Positions 50,319 to 61,086 of a DNA stretch of 64,000 nt are shown one piece after another (positions within the stretch are counted from its first letter, which is position 1; each line of letters begins with the position of its first letter). This stretch comes from Minisyncoccia bacterium (GTDB lineage Bacteria; Patescibacteriota; Minisyncoccia; Phycocordibacterales; UBA918), in the NCBI GenBank assembly GCA_041736805.1, contig JBGSSW010000016.1, positions 66,526-130,525 on the forward strand. The letters run 5' to 3'. A program made the position numbers and the translations under genes. The notes under the pieces were generated by a model. That model was given only the letters and a program-made list of their open reading frames with translations, did not search any database and was not told where the DNA came from.

Positions 50319-51590
50319 ATGGATAAAAAACTCTCAACTGAAGCGTATAAAGGAGTTCGTGATTTTTACCCTGAAGACATGGCAATTCAAAGTTATATTT
50401 TTAACAGTTGGCAAAAAACCGCTGAGCTATTTGGATTTGAACGTTATGAAGCTTCAATTTTAGAACCGGCGGATTTATACAAAAGTAAAGGCACAGCCAA
50501 TGAAGAGATTGTCACTGAACAGACTTATAGCTTTATTGACAGAGGTGAACGTGAAGTGACTTTAAGGCCCGAGATGACGCCAACAGTTGCACGTATGGTG
50601 GCAGGAAGACAAAGAACACTTCGTTTTCCATTACGTTGGTACTCAATTCCCAACTTGTTTAGATATGAAAGACCTCAACGTGGACGCCTACGCGAGCATT
50701 GGCAGTTAAATTGTGACATATTTGGAGCAGATGACTATATAGCTGATGTAGAAATTATTTCTTTAGCTTGTCAAATCTTAATAGATTTTGGTGCCACTCC
50801 CGACATGTTTGAAGTAAAAATTAATAATCGAAGTGATATGTCTACCTACTATGATTCAATTGGTATAAAAGATGTTTCTAAACAAACTAAAATCACTAGA
50901 TTAAACGATAGATTTAGAAAAATATCTTCAGAAGAATATCTTTCGGAACTAGAAAATATTTTGGGAGATAGACAGATAGCAGAAGTAGTCCAGTCTAAAG
51001 TCAGTACTTCAGTAAATCCCGTTGATAACGAAGTCATCAGCGGATTAAAGGCTCTTGGTATTACAAACGTGAAAATTGACTACTCTCTAGCTCGCGGTTT
51101 TGATTACTATACTGATACAATTTTTGAAATTTTTGATATCTCTGGAGAGAATAATCGTTCCCTTCTTGGCGGCGGACGTTATAGTAACTTAACTAGTATG
51201 TTTACAGATAAAAAAATTTCTGGCACCGGTTTCGGTATGGGAGACGTGACTATGAAAGATTTTCTCTTTACTCATAAACTAATTCCCAGTTCAATCCAGA
51301 ATACCACTGCAAAAGTAGTAATTATTCCTACCGATGAAAAATTAAATCTTGAAGCAACTATGGTAGCTCAAGCTATACGTAAACGAGGCATTTCTGTAAG
51401 TACCGATATCGGTACTAAAAAAATAGGTAAAAAAATAGCGGAAGCGGTTGATAGAGGTATCACATACTCGATAGTAGTTGGGACAGATGAGATAAATTCT
51501 AGTAAATTTACCTTGAAAAATCTAGTCCTTTCAACAGAAATTAAAGGTAACATACACGACATACTTACTTACTTAATCGCCAACCAATAA
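50319..51590 (+). CDS. hisS: Histidine--tRNA ligase
   Basis: KGVRDF, LRPEMT, FRYERPQRGRLREHWQ, RGFDYYT, GGGRY. Confidence 0.98.
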   Translation: MDKKLSTEAYKGVRDFYPEDMAIQSYIFNSWQKTAELFGFERYEASILEPADLYKSKGTANEEIVTEQTYSFIDRGEREVTLRPEMTPTVARMVAGRQRTLRFPLRWYSIPNLFRYERPQRGRLREHWQLNCDIFGADDYIADVEIISLACQILIDFGATPDMFEVKINNRSDMSTYYDSIGIKDVSKQTKITRLNDRFRKISSEEYLSELENILGDRQIAEVVQSKVSTSVNPVDNEVISGLKALGITNVKIDYSLARGFDYYTDTIFEIFDISGENNRSLLGGGRYSNLTSMFTDKKISGTGFGMGDVTMKDFLFTHKLIPSSIQNTTAKVVIIPTDEKLNLEATMVAQAIRKRGISVSTDIGTKKIGKKIAEAVDRGITYSIVVGTDEINSSKFTLKNLVLSTEIKGNIHDILTYLIANQ

Positions 51591-51591
51591 G

Positions 51592-52167
51592 ATGCGCTAT
51601 ATTGTTTTTGACTTAGAAACCCAGAATATTTTCCAAGATGTGGGTAGTACAGACCCCACAGCCTTAGACATTTCTGTCGGTACTTTTTATGACAGCGAAA
51701 CGGAGATTTATACTACTGTTTCGGTTGATGAATTACAGAAAGTTTGGCCCATGCTTGAACAGACAGATGCTTTAGTTGGTTATAATAGTAATCACTTTGA
51801 TATTCCGTTATTGAATAAATACTATCCAGGTGATTTAACAACCATAAAAAGTATCGACTTGCTTGAAGAAATTAGAAAATCACTTGGCCGGAGACTGCGC
51901 CTAGATAGCGTAGCCGAAGCTACTGTTGGTGCCAAAAAATCTGCTAATGGACTTCAAGCAGTTCGTTGGTGGAGGGAAGGAAAAATTGCTGAGATAAAAA
52001 AATACTGTGAGCAGGACGTTAGGGTCACAAAAAAAATCTTTGACTACGCCTTAAAGAATGGACACATAAAATTTAAAGATGGTTCAAGAAAAAGAGAGGT
52101 TCCACTTGATACTAGTACTTGGCTAATAAAAGAAGACGGGGCAATGACTCACTCTTTACTCTTCTAA
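51592..52167 (+). CDS. RNase H-like (YprB/DEDD) domain protein
   Basis: VFDLET, GYNSNHFD, YCEQDV. Confidence 0.85.
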   Translation: MRYIVFDLETQNIFQDVGSTDPTALDISVGTFYDSETEIYTTVSVDELQKVWPMLEQTDALVGYNSNHFDIPLLNKYYPGDLTTIKSIDLLEEIRKSLGRRLRLDSVAEATVGAKKSANGLQAVRWWREGKIAEIKKYCEQDVRVTKKIFDYALKNGHIKFKDGSRKREVPLDTSTWLIKEDGAMTHSLLF

Positions 52168-52177
52168 TCTTTATAAT

Positions 52178-52987
52178 TTAGACGTAAACAGCCACATACC
52201 CAACTACCATAGATAAAATAATGCTGTACCAAATAAAAGGCCAAAGTGTATATCTTCGGATAAATTCAATGAAGAAATGCAACACTATCAAAGCTGTTAC
52301 AAAGCTAGTGCAAGCACCGATAGTTACCGGTAACCAGGCTACGCTGCCACCGTCAACAATTAGTTTTAAAAGCATTTTTATACCGACAGCTAAAGTAATT
52401 GGTATAGCCAACAAAAATGAAAACTTGGCTGACTCAAGCCTGGTCATTCCTAATAACATTCCTCCCGCTAGAGTTGAACCGGAACGAGAAAAACCCGGTA
52501 ATAAGGCTAAGGCCTGAAAGCAGCCTACCAAAAAACCTTTTCTAATAGTCAATGCTCCTTGTGGGGGGTTTTTATAATATCTCCACTCTGCATACATAAA
52601 GAAAATTGCCGCAAGGAACAACATTGTTCCGACTATTTTTATGGACTGGAAATGTTCATTCATTATCGATTCAAACAACAGGCCAATTATTACAGCTGGA
52701 ACTGTTCCAATTAACAATGCGTAGAGGAGGGTTTGGTCTTTGGTATTAATTGGCAGGCGTCCCAATTTTCTAATCGCAGTTTGAATTAGTACCAAAATAT
52801 CACTCCAAAAGTAAATTATAACAGCTAGCGTGGTAGCCAGGTGGAGAACGCCATCAAAAGCGAGGGTATTAACCTCATCAATTTTGATAAATTCCTGAAC
52901 TAAGACCAAATGACCACTTGATGAAATTGGTAAGAATTCTGTTATACCTTGAACAATACCAAGAATTAGAGCGTCAAAAATATCCAT
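52178..52987 (-). CDS. uppP: Undecaprenyl-diphosphatase
   Basis: QGITEFLPISSSGH, PGFSRSG. Confidence 0.96.
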   Translation of the reverse strand: MDIFDALILGIVQGITEFLPISSSGHLVLVQEFIKIDEVNTLAFDGVLHLATTLAVIIYFWSDILVLIQTAIRKLGRLPINTKDQTLLYALLIGTVPAVIIGLLFESIMNEHFQSIKIVGTMLFLAAIFFMYAEWRYYKNPPQGALTIRKGFLVGCFQALALLPGFSRSGSTLAGGMLLGMTRLESAKFSFLLAIPITLAVGIKMLLKLIVDGGSVAWLPVTIGACTSFVTALIVLHFFIEFIRRYTLWPFIWYSIILSMVVGYVAVYV

Positions 52988-53056
52988 ATGGTGAATATTA
53001 TATCACTACACAATATTGAACATGCTATAATTTATACATATTAATCAAATTACAAT

Positions 53057-53809
53057 ATGGAACCATCAACAAATAACTCTTCTTCGATTGCCATTCCTGC
53101 CGCAATCATTTTTGGCTTCGCTCTTATTGCTGTTGCAATATATTATACCGGTACTGGTAGTAGTCTCTCTCCAACAAATGAATCAGTGACTACTATCTCT
53201 AAAGAAGCAAACACCATTCGCCCAGTTGATGAAACTGATTACATCCGAGGTAATCCAAACGCTCCAATTTTAATTGTGGAGTACTCAGATTATGACTGCC
53301 CTTTCTGTAAAACTTTTCACACAACAATGAATCAAATTATGAACGAATACGCTGTGGACGGTAAAATTGCTTGGGTTTACCGTCAATATCCAATTCCTGA
53401 GTTACACCCTAATGCCCCGCGTATCTCTGAGTCGGCACTTTGTGTTGGTGATTTAGGTGGAAATGACGCTTTTTGGAAATTTACTGACCAGGTCTTTGAA
53501 GAACGCAGACTCGAAGAAGGAACTAATATTAGTAAAATACCTGACTATGCTAAAGAAGCTGGCGTAGATGAGGCTGCTTTCAAGAATTGTTTGGAGACAG
53601 GCAAAATGAGGGACGTTCTAGCGGCTAGTCTTAAAGATGGTGCACAAGCAAAAATAGAAGGCACGCCCAATTCTTTCGTTATAATCGGTAATCAGAGAGC
53701 TCCAATTGAAGGTGCTCAACCTTATGATGTGATTAAACAAATAGTTGAAAATCTTCTTGGTCAACTAGAAGGATCTGGTCCAACTGCTTCCACTACACCC
53801 CAGGTTTAA
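53057..53809 (+). CDS. DsbA-family thioredoxin
   Basis: EYSDYDCPFC, GTP, GAQP. Confidence 0.92.
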   Translation: MEPSTNNSSSIAIPAAIIFGFALIAVAIYYTGTGSSLSPTNESVTTISKEANTIRPVDETDYIRGNPNAPILIVEYSDYDCPFCKTFHTTMNQIMNEYAVDGKIAWVYRQYPIPELHPNAPRISESALCVGDLGGNDAFWKFTDQVFEERRLEEGTNISKIPDYAKEAGVDEAAFKNCLETGKMRDVLAASLKDGAQAKIEGTPNSFVIIGNQRAPIEGAQPYDVIKQIVENLLGQLEGSGPTASTTPQV

Positions 53810-53859
53810 TTTGTACCACCAAAATAAAATACTTAGCTATTTTTACTCGGCTAAGTATT

Positions 53860-56859
53860 TTATTTATTTAAAAGTTCAACTAAATGGCAGAAACTGCAAT
53901 TTTCGCTGTCACAAACTGTTTGTAAACAATCTCCTGAAACTATTTGCTGAGTAGCTTCAATTATTTCAGATTTCAGATTGGAAATTTCTTCCTTGGTTAT
54001 ATTAAATACTTCTTCATGTATATTGCCCTTACTATCAGGCTCAACAAATGAAAGGACTCCGTTTGTACACCGAAACTTTTCATCTGGTTGAAGCGAAAGG
54101 AGTAGAGCATAAAAAACTAACTGTCTTTTATAATTACCTTGACTATTTTTTGTAGTTCCTTCAATCTCTCCACGCGTCTTTGTTTTACCTGTCTTGTAGT
54201 CAACAACTTTTACAACCCTTCCCTGTTCGTCATAGTCAAGTCGATCAAAATTACCAGTCAAAAGTACTTCCGGAAAATCCTCAATCCCGGTTTTCAACAA
54301 TGCTTTAATTGAATACTCTGTCCTCATTGTAGTTGTCAGTGATTTTTGCAAAACTGGTAAATAAGCCAGTACTGCCTTTAACCCCCTTTCATGTTGTCTA
54401 GTAAATTCTTCAAGTGTAACTGAATTTACACTCAAAATATTTTTTAACCAATCGTTAATTGCTGTCTCTTTTGGCATTTTACCCTCTTCATTAAAGTGAC
54501 GAATGATTTTTTCTAAAACCGCATGAACAGAACTACCAAACTGTAATTCGGGAGTCTTAATAGTTGGAATTCTAAGAGCATTCTTGTAAATATACTCCCA
54601 AGGGCTTTTACTGTAATTGTTGAAAGAAGTTGCTGACCAACCCCGTTTTGACAAAGACAACCGCAGAAAATCCGTATCCAAAGATGGAGCGCAGACTTTT
54701 TTTATACTATCTAAAGGCCTAAAATTATCTTCAAAATTAGTAGTTGATTCTTCGGTAATCTTATTTCCCTCAAGAGCAACTAAGAAGCGGGATAAGACCA
54801 ATTCTCTACCGTCGTTATTTTGGTTTGAAAATGAAAATTGTAAAACTCTTTTTGCCCTAGTCATTGAAACGTAAAAAAGTCTTCTTTCATCATCTTCGAT
54901 TAAAGACTTACTATCGGCAGTGTGTTTTACTACCGGTAATTTAAATAAGTTTGGTCTTTGGTTTGCTCCCCAAACGTTATCGGTTAAGTGCGGAATTATG
55001 ACTACCTCAAATTCTAAACCCTTTGACTTGTGAGCCGTCATGACATTTACAGCTTTAGCAGTTGTACCCACATAGGGAGCCAGTAAAGGTATTTTGTATT
55101 TTTGGCAGGTGTCTAGGTACTTTAAAAATGAGGTTAGATTTTTTATTTCACCTTTTATAAACATTGATTCCAATTCATCATACAGTCTTCTAATTATCCT
55201 AATTGACTCAAATGTATCCTGCTTTATTACATAATCTATAAAGCCACTTTCCCGTAAAAGATATTCTGTTACTTCGGCCGGATTTTTAGTTATTTGATAT
55301 TGACGTGCCATCTTTAACAAGTTGATAAACTTATTAAAGGCAAACACTTCCTTGATTCCAATTTCAGATAATCTTGCTTCACTTTCTATTAGGTCAAAAA
55401 GTCTAGTGCCGATATTGCGAGCAGATAAAAAGGTTACTAAATCTGGCGTAGGGATACCTAAATAAGGGGCGTGGAGAAGCTCAGCTAAAGCTTGTTCGTT
55501 TTTCGGTTCAATAACTACCTTTATTAAATTAATAATCTGTAAAGTTATCGGGTGTTCCAAAACATCTCCATCAGCCGAAGGAAGGGTTGGGATGTTTTCT
55601 TTGCGTAACAACTTACTAAATTTCTCTACCTCGCGGTTTGTCCGCACAATAATAGCCATTTCATCATATGGAACTCCAGATTTTTGGTGATTCACTATTT
55701 GTTGAACTACCCACGAATCTTCGATTGCACTGTGGGAGAAATTTTGTTGGGAAACAATAACAGATAATTTTTGTTCCGCCTGTAGTGGAACTCGTAAATC
55801 TTTCAAGAGTGGGTCATCGGTAGCAATACTATTGTGAGCAACATCTAGGATTTTTTGATCGGAACGATAATTGCTAGTTAGTGTGATTATCTTTGCTCCT
55901 TTATAGATATCACTAAAATAGAGAAAGTTATCTAACGAAGCGCCTTGAAAACGGTAAATAGCCTGTTTTTCGTCTCCGACTACAAAGATATTGGGTTTAT
56001 CGTGGTAAGAGGCTATAAGCTCCATCAAACGATTCTGACTCTGATTTACATCTTGATGTTCATCAGCCAGAATATATAAATACTGCTCTTGCACATCAAA
56101 CAACATTTCTTGGTTATTTTCTAAGGCCTCAATTGTGTCAAGGATCATATCTTCAAAATCAAACAGTCGGCCTTGATGTAGCTGATTAATGTAAAGTTGA
56201 TAAATATTCAATAATTCCTTATTACGCTCGAGGAATTTCTCTGCTTCCAAATATTCCCCTCTGACCTTTCCTTTGTGAGCGCCTTTTTCGTGAATCTTTT
56301 CTATTTGTTCCAAATCTCTTTCCTGTTGATTTATAAAAGTTGCAAATTTATCTGGAGAAATATTCTCCTTTTTCATGGTAGCAATAGCGTCAAGAATCGG
56401 TTTTACATAGTAGGAATGATCACCGTGTGGTCTTAGACGTCTATAGCTGCCTGCTTCCAACAACTCTTCAATTAAAGTAATTTTCTCTAAATCAGAAGCT
56501 GGCCTACCACCAACTATGTTTTTATAAGAATCAGGATACTTTCTAATCAGTTCCCCAGCAAAACTATGGAAGGTATGTATAGGGACACGGTAGGCTTCAA
56601 CGCCAATAAAAGCAGCCAACCTACTCCGCATTGCCTTTACACCAGATTCAGTAAAAGTTAAGGCGAGGACTTGTTCCGGACGAGTATCTGTTCTTTTTAA
56701 GATATTAGCTATCCGCAAAGTTAAAATTTGTGTTTTACCGGTTCCGGGACCAGCAATAACCATTACCGGGCCTTCAATATTATCCACTGCTTCAAGCTGA
56801 GCTGGGTTTAGCTTAGATAAAGCCTGGTCAAAAACACTAATTTCTTTAACCTTTTTCAT
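53860..56859 (-). CDS. UvrD/PcrA-family helicase with C-terminal PD-(D/E)XK nuclease
   Basis: AGPGTGKT, DEHQD, VGDEKQAIYRFQGA, HKSKGLEF, TRAK, GNFDRLD..VDYKTG. Confidence 0.93.
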   Translation of the reverse strand: MKKVKEISVFDQALSKLNPAQLEAVDNIEGPVMVIAGPGTGKTQILTLRIANILKRTDTRPEQVLALTFTESGVKAMRSRLAAFIGVEAYRVPIHTFHSFAGELIRKYPDSYKNIVGGRPASDLEKITLIEELLEAGSYRRLRPHGDHSYYVKPILDAIATMKKENISPDKFATFINQQERDLEQIEKIHEKGAHKGKVRGEYLEAEKFLERNKELLNIYQLYINQLHQGRLFDFEDMILDTIEALENNQEMLFDVQEQYLYILADEHQDVNQSQNRLMELIASYHDKPNIFVVGDEKQAIYRFQGASLDNFLYFSDIYKGAKIITLTSNYRSDQKILDVAHNSIATDDPLLKDLRVPLQAEQKLSVIVSQQNFSHSAIEDSWVVQQIVNHQKSGVPYDEMAIIVRTNREVEKFSKLLRKENIPTLPSADGDVLEHPITLQIINLIKVVIEPKNEQALAELLHAPYLGIPTPDLVTFLSARNIGTRLFDLIESEARLSEIGIKEVFAFNKFINLLKMARQYQITKNPAEVTEYLLRESGFIDYVIKQDTFESIRIIRRLYDELESMFIKGEIKNLTSFLKYLDTCQKYKIPLLAPYVGTTAKAVNVMTAHKSKGLEFEVVIIPHLTDNVWGANQRPNLFKLPVVKHTADSKSLIEDDERRLFYVSMTRAKRVLQFSFSNQNNDGRELVLSRFLVALEGNKITEESTTNFEDNFRPLDSIKKVCAPSLDTDFLRLSLSKRGWSATSFNNYSKSPWEYIYKNALRIPTIKTPELQFGSSVHAVLEKIIRHFNEEGKMPKETAINDWLKNILSVNSVTLEEFTRQHERGLKAVLAYLPVLQKSLTTTMRTEYSIKALLKTGIEDFPEVLLTGNFDRLDYDEQGRVVKVVDYKTGKTKTRGEIEGTTKNSQGNYKRQLVFYALLLSLQPDEKFRCTNGVLSFVEPDSKGNIHEEVFNITKEEISNLKSEIIEATQQIVSGDCLQTVCDSENCSFCHLVELLNK

Positions 56860-56947
56860 TAATTTTCAGTATACATGTTATACACTTGCTAGTCAGCCTA
56901 AGTGAGAGTATAGTAGCAAACTAACACTTTAAAAAGGTTGTCTACTT

Positions 56948-59029
56948 ATGCTTACTGCAAACGCTACTCTAGCCATTTTTACCATGCTTGGCATCTCAAG
57001 TTTGGCCGTTTTTTGGGCTAGACGTGTAAAACTACCCCATACTGTTTTTCTGGTTATTATTGGTCTAATTTTGGGCTTATTGGCTCAAATTCCCGCTTTC
57101 CATTTCTTTAGCGAATTCACCCTTACACCACAACTATTGTTTTACCTGCTTTTACCAACTCTTATATTTGAATCCGCCTACAATATAAATGCCCGCAGAA
57201 TCGTTGAGGATGCACCGATAGTCTTAGTTCTTTCTATCCTAGGCTTAGTTTTGTCCACTCTTGTCATCGGTGGAGCCATGTATTTCCTCTTAACTTTTCT
57301 TGGCTTTAATGTACCTTTTATTCTGACCTTGTTATTTGGTGCCCTAATATCTGCCACTGACCCAGTGGCAGTTTTAGCTTTATTCAAGGAATATGGTGCT
57401 CCTCGACGTCTTTCATTAATTTTTGAGGGCGAAAGTCTATTCAATGACGCCACAGCTGTGGCACTTTTTATTGTCTTACTCGAAATCGCTAGATTTGGTT
57501 TCCATGGTTATGAGACAGTTATTGAAGGTCTAATTAGTTTCACCTCAATGCTAGTCGGAGGAGTTATTTTCGGAGTAGTGATAGGCGCTATCTTCGCTAA
57601 GTTAGTTGGTATCTGTCGAGAGAACGAAGTAGCCAGCATAACTCTAACCATAGTATTGGCTCATGTAACCTTTATTTTGTCTGAAATAATTTCAGGACTT
57701 TCTTTTTTTGACGAACATAACTTACATCTATCCCCGATTATTGCTACTACAATTTCAGCCTTGCTGATGGGTAACTACGGAAGAAGTAAAATTCATCCTC
57801 GAGCTGAGGAATTCGTTAAAAAACTTTGGGCTCAACTTGCCTTCATGTCCAACTCTCTAATATTCATCTTAATTGGTATTTTGTTTGTAAATGTTCCGAA
57901 ATTAAATGCCTTAATGATAGGCGTAGTAGTTGCTACAATATTGATTGTTGCTATTGCCAGAGCTATATCTATCTACCCTTTAGTTGGACTATTTAACTTA
58001 TTCTCAAGTGATTCGAAAAAAATTCCGACTGCTTGGCAACACTTATTGTCTTGGGGATCACTTCGTGGTGCCTTAGCGGTAACAATGGTGTTGCTTATTC
58101 CTGATGATTTAACTTTTGCGGGTTGGAATATCACTACTTCCCCAAAAGAATTCCTGCTAGCAATAACTGTAGGCTGCATCTTTGCCACCTTATTTATTAA
58201 AGCCACTACTATCCAAGGCTTTATGAAGCGTTTAAAATTAGACGCTTTGACTGAAATAGAAAAGGTGGAAGCTCAAGAAGCTCGAGCTTTCATTCATCAC
58301 GAGGTAAAAGACAGAATGAAGCGCTATGAAAAAAGAGGTTATATTGATAGTAGCATTGCTGATAAATTAGCAATTATTCACAACAAAAAATATGAAGATG
58401 CTTGCCAATCACTTGCAAACTTAGATACTAAAGACCTCTCACTTAGAGTTCTGCGTATTTTTGCCATCGGTATTGAAAAAAGACATTTAAAAGAACTTTA
58501 CCACCATCAAGAAGTTAACGAGACTGTTTATAGAAAACTTATAGGTAAACTGCAACTTCAACTAGAAGCAATAGAAATTGGAAACCTTGAATCGAACATG
58601 TCTATCCATAGTGATGGAAAGGATGTGTTTGAATTGTTGGCGAATAAATTTAAACTGATATTCCGGGACCTTACTGAAACGGAAAAGACTGAAAATTTAT
58701 ATATGTACTACCGTGCCCAAACAATTATCTCACGTAAGGTGTTGAAAGAACTTGCCGCCATTGATAAATCTAGCGCTGAACATATCTTTACTAGCGAGGC
58801 CTTGAATCACGTATTAACACTTTATACCAGCTTTAAGGACCAGTCGCAAAAGAAAATGAATGACTTAGCTGAACTTCACCCTGAATTATTAAATGATTTA
58901 TCATTCAAACTTGCTACTTGCGCAGTACATAAAATTGAAGAAGTCGTGCTTGATGAACTTTTTGAACGCCAACTAATTACACCAAAACTATATATTGCCC
59001 TGAAAGAAGAGGATGCTCAGTCAATTTAG
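56948..59029 (+). CDS. CPA1 (NhaP-like) Na+/H+ antiporter with long cytoplasmic tail
   Basis: LLPTLIFES, SATDPVAV, EGESLFND, LRGA. Confidence 0.93.
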   Translation: MLTANATLAIFTMLGISSLAVFWARRVKLPHTVFLVIIGLILGLLAQIPAFHFFSEFTLTPQLLFYLLLPTLIFESAYNINARRIVEDAPIVLVLSILGLVLSTLVIGGAMYFLLTFLGFNVPFILTLLFGALISATDPVAVLALFKEYGAPRRLSLIFEGESLFNDATAVALFIVLLEIARFGFHGYETVIEGLISFTSMLVGGVIFGVVIGAIFAKLVGICRENEVASITLTIVLAHVTFILSEIISGLSFFDEHNLHLSPIIATTISALLMGNYGRSKIHPRAEEFVKKLWAQLAFMSNSLIFILIGILFVNVPKLNALMIGVVVATILIVAIARAISIYPLVGLFNLFSSDSKKIPTAWQHLLSWGSLRGALAVTMVLLIPDDLTFAGWNITTSPKEFLLAITVGCIFATLFIKATTIQGFMKRLKLDALTEIEKVEAQEARAFIHHEVKDRMKRYEKRGYIDSSIADKLAIIHNKKYEDACQSLANLDTKDLSLRVLRIFAIGIEKRHLKELYHHQEVNETVYRKLIGKLQLQLEAIEIGNLESNMSIHSDGKDVFELLANKFKLIFRDLTETEKTENLYMYYRAQTIISRKVLKELAAIDKSSAEHIFTSEALNHVLTLYTSFKDQSQKKMNDLAELHPELLNDLSFKLATCAVHKIEEVVLDELFERQLITPKLYIALKEEDAQSI

Positions 59030-59114
59030 CTGAATTTTGACCTGCAGACTTATTTATTTCATTATGCAATAAATAGTCTATACAAATAAAAATTGAGGAG
59101 TATTATAAATATTA

Positions 59115-59573
59115 ATGGAAGTTATAGACATTACAAAACCAGCCATTACTATCCACGAAAATACTACTTTCGAAGATACAATTAAAACTATGGTTGAAAA
59201 GCAGACAAATTCACTTTTAGTGGTTAATGACCAAGGTTTGTTGGTTGGTGAAATTGGTATGTCTGATGTGTTAGATGCTATTGTTCCAGAATACATGGAC
59301 GGCGATAGTATTGCTGCCCACTTTGCTAGCACAGATATGTTCACCGATGCTGTAGCAGACGCCAGACTGACTTTAGTAAAAGATTTCATGTCACTAAATA
59401 TAAGTCCCATTGAGACTACAGATAGTCTTATGGCCGTAGCGGCCTTAGCCATAGCCAACAACCGCACCCATATTCCGGTTGTAGATAACGAAGGCAAGCC
59501 AGTTGGTGTTATATCAAGGAGAGGAGTAAAACACATTATTGCCCACGCTCTAAATATCGCTGACAGCGAATAA
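59115..59573 (+). CDS. CBS-pair protein
   Basis: Two CBS repeats (LLVVNDQGLLVG; IPVVDNEGKPVGVIS). Confidence 0.9.
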   Translation: MEVIDITKPAITIHENTTFEDTIKTMVEKQTNSLLVVNDQGLLVGEIGMSDVLDAIVPEYMDGDSIAAHFASTDMFTDAVADARLTLVKDFMSLNISPIETTDSLMAVAALAIANNRTHIPVVDNEGKPVGVISRRGVKHIIAHALNIADSE

Positions 59574-59640
59574 ATTGATCCTTAAAAAAGTACAATCAAA
59601 TGTACTTTTTTTAGTTTTTAACATTTTATAAATACCTATT

Positions 59641-61008
59641 ATGGAAACCGTCGGAATCATTTCATTAGTAATCTTTGTTATTACTTTCATTTTTATCTTA
59701 ACTGAGAGAATTCACCGTACAGTTATCGGTCTGCTGGGAGCTCTAACTATGTTACTAGCTGGAATGTACTTTGATTTTTACCACCCTAACAACGCTCTTG
59801 AAGCAATTGATTTTAATACCCTTGGACTTCTGTTCGGTATGATGATTCTGGTAAGTATGTTAGAAAAAACCGGTGTTTTTCAATACTTAGGCATTTGGAC
59901 TGCTAAAAAAACCAAAGGCGATCCCTGGAAGTTAATGGTTGCCCTTTCCGCTATCACAGCAGTATTATCGATGATTTTAGATAATGTGACCACAATCATC
60001 ATGATTGTTCCTATCACCATCATTATCGCTGATATGCTCAAGATTAATCCGATTCCAATTTTGATGGCCGAAGCCTTACTTTCTAATGTTGGTGGTACGG
60101 CCACCCTGATTGGTGATCCGCCAAATATCATGATTGGTACCGCAGCTGGTTTTACTTTCAATGACTTTTTAGCACACGCTCTACCAGTAGTATTGGTTAC
60201 TTGGCTAGTTACTCTTATCTTGTTCCGTTTTATTTTTCGTCGCGACCTCAAAAAAGAACCAAAAAATGTAGAGAAGTTACTTCAAATGAACGAAAGAGAA
60301 GCTATCACTGACGTCGTGATGCTAAAAAAACTACTTGGCGTTTTTGGACTTGTGGTAATCATGTTCTTTACACACTCATTACTCCATCTTGAGGCGTCAA
60401 TGGTCGCTCTAATTGGAGCGGCCTTAGCTTTAGTTATTATTGCTCCTCATACCGACCCACAACACATTATAGAGAAATGCGAACTATCTGTTCTACTTTT
60501 CTTTGGTTCACTTTTTGTAATTGTCGGTGGCCTTGAATTTTCTGGTGTTCTTGAATCCGGAGCCAACCTACTTACCTCAGGTGCTCAAGACAATCTTCTC
60601 CTAACTGCTATTGTCCTACTTTGGGCCAGCGCTTTTCTTTCAGCCATTATCGATAATATTCCTTTTACAGTAGCCATGATTCCTATTATCGCTTACCTAG
60701 GAACTCAGGGTATCCCAGTTGATCTTTTATGGTGGGCTCTAGTCTTCGGGGTTGGGTTTGGTGGTAATGGTTCTCCTATTGGTTCAACGGCTGGGGTAAT
60801 TGTAATTGCCAAATCAGAAAAGACTGATACTCCAATCAAGTTTATTGACTGGATGAGACAAGGAGTTCCAACCATGATTTCAGGATTAATTGTTGCCACT
60901 ATTGCTCTAACCGCTCTTAGTCCTTGGTTTGGTAATAGCAGCTCAACTGAACCAGATAACTTAGAAATTGAAATTAATGAGCTGGAGATGCAAAAAGAGG
61001 CTAAATAG
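59641..61008 (+). CDS. ArsB/NhaD (P-protein-like) permease
   Basis: LDNVTT, NVGGTATLIGDPPN, IDNIPF, GGNGSPIG. Confidence 0.92.
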   Translation: METVGIISLVIFVITFIFILTERIHRTVIGLLGALTMLLAGMYFDFYHPNNALEAIDFNTLGLLFGMMILVSMLEKTGVFQYLGIWTAKKTKGDPWKLMVALSAITAVLSMILDNVTTIIMIVPITIIIADMLKINPIPILMAEALLSNVGGTATLIGDPPNIMIGTAAGFTFNDFLAHALPVVLVTWLVTLILFRFIFRRDLKKEPKNVEKLLQMNEREAITDVVMLKKLLGVFGLVVIMFFTHSLLHLEASMVALIGAALALVIIAPHTDPQHIIEKCELSVLLFFGSLFVIVGGLEFSGVLESGANLLTSGAQDNLLLTAIVLLWASAFLSAIIDNIPFTVAMIPIIAYLGTQGIPVDLLWWALVFGVGFGGNGSPIGSTAGVIVIAKSEKTDTPIKFIDWMRQGVPTMISGLIVATIALTALSPWFGNSSSTEPDNLEIEINELEMQKEAK

Positions 61009-61039
61009 TCTTTTTTAAACAAGCATTTTCATTGAAATA

Positions 61040-61069
61040 AAACCCCCCACAATTACTTGTGCGGGGTTT
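61040..61069. terminator. Terminator between the permease gene and the rpoD-downstream array
   Basis: AAACCCCCCACAA..TTGTGCGGGGTTT hairpin. Confidence 0.65.
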
Positions 61070-61086
61070 AATATAAAGTCGCACAT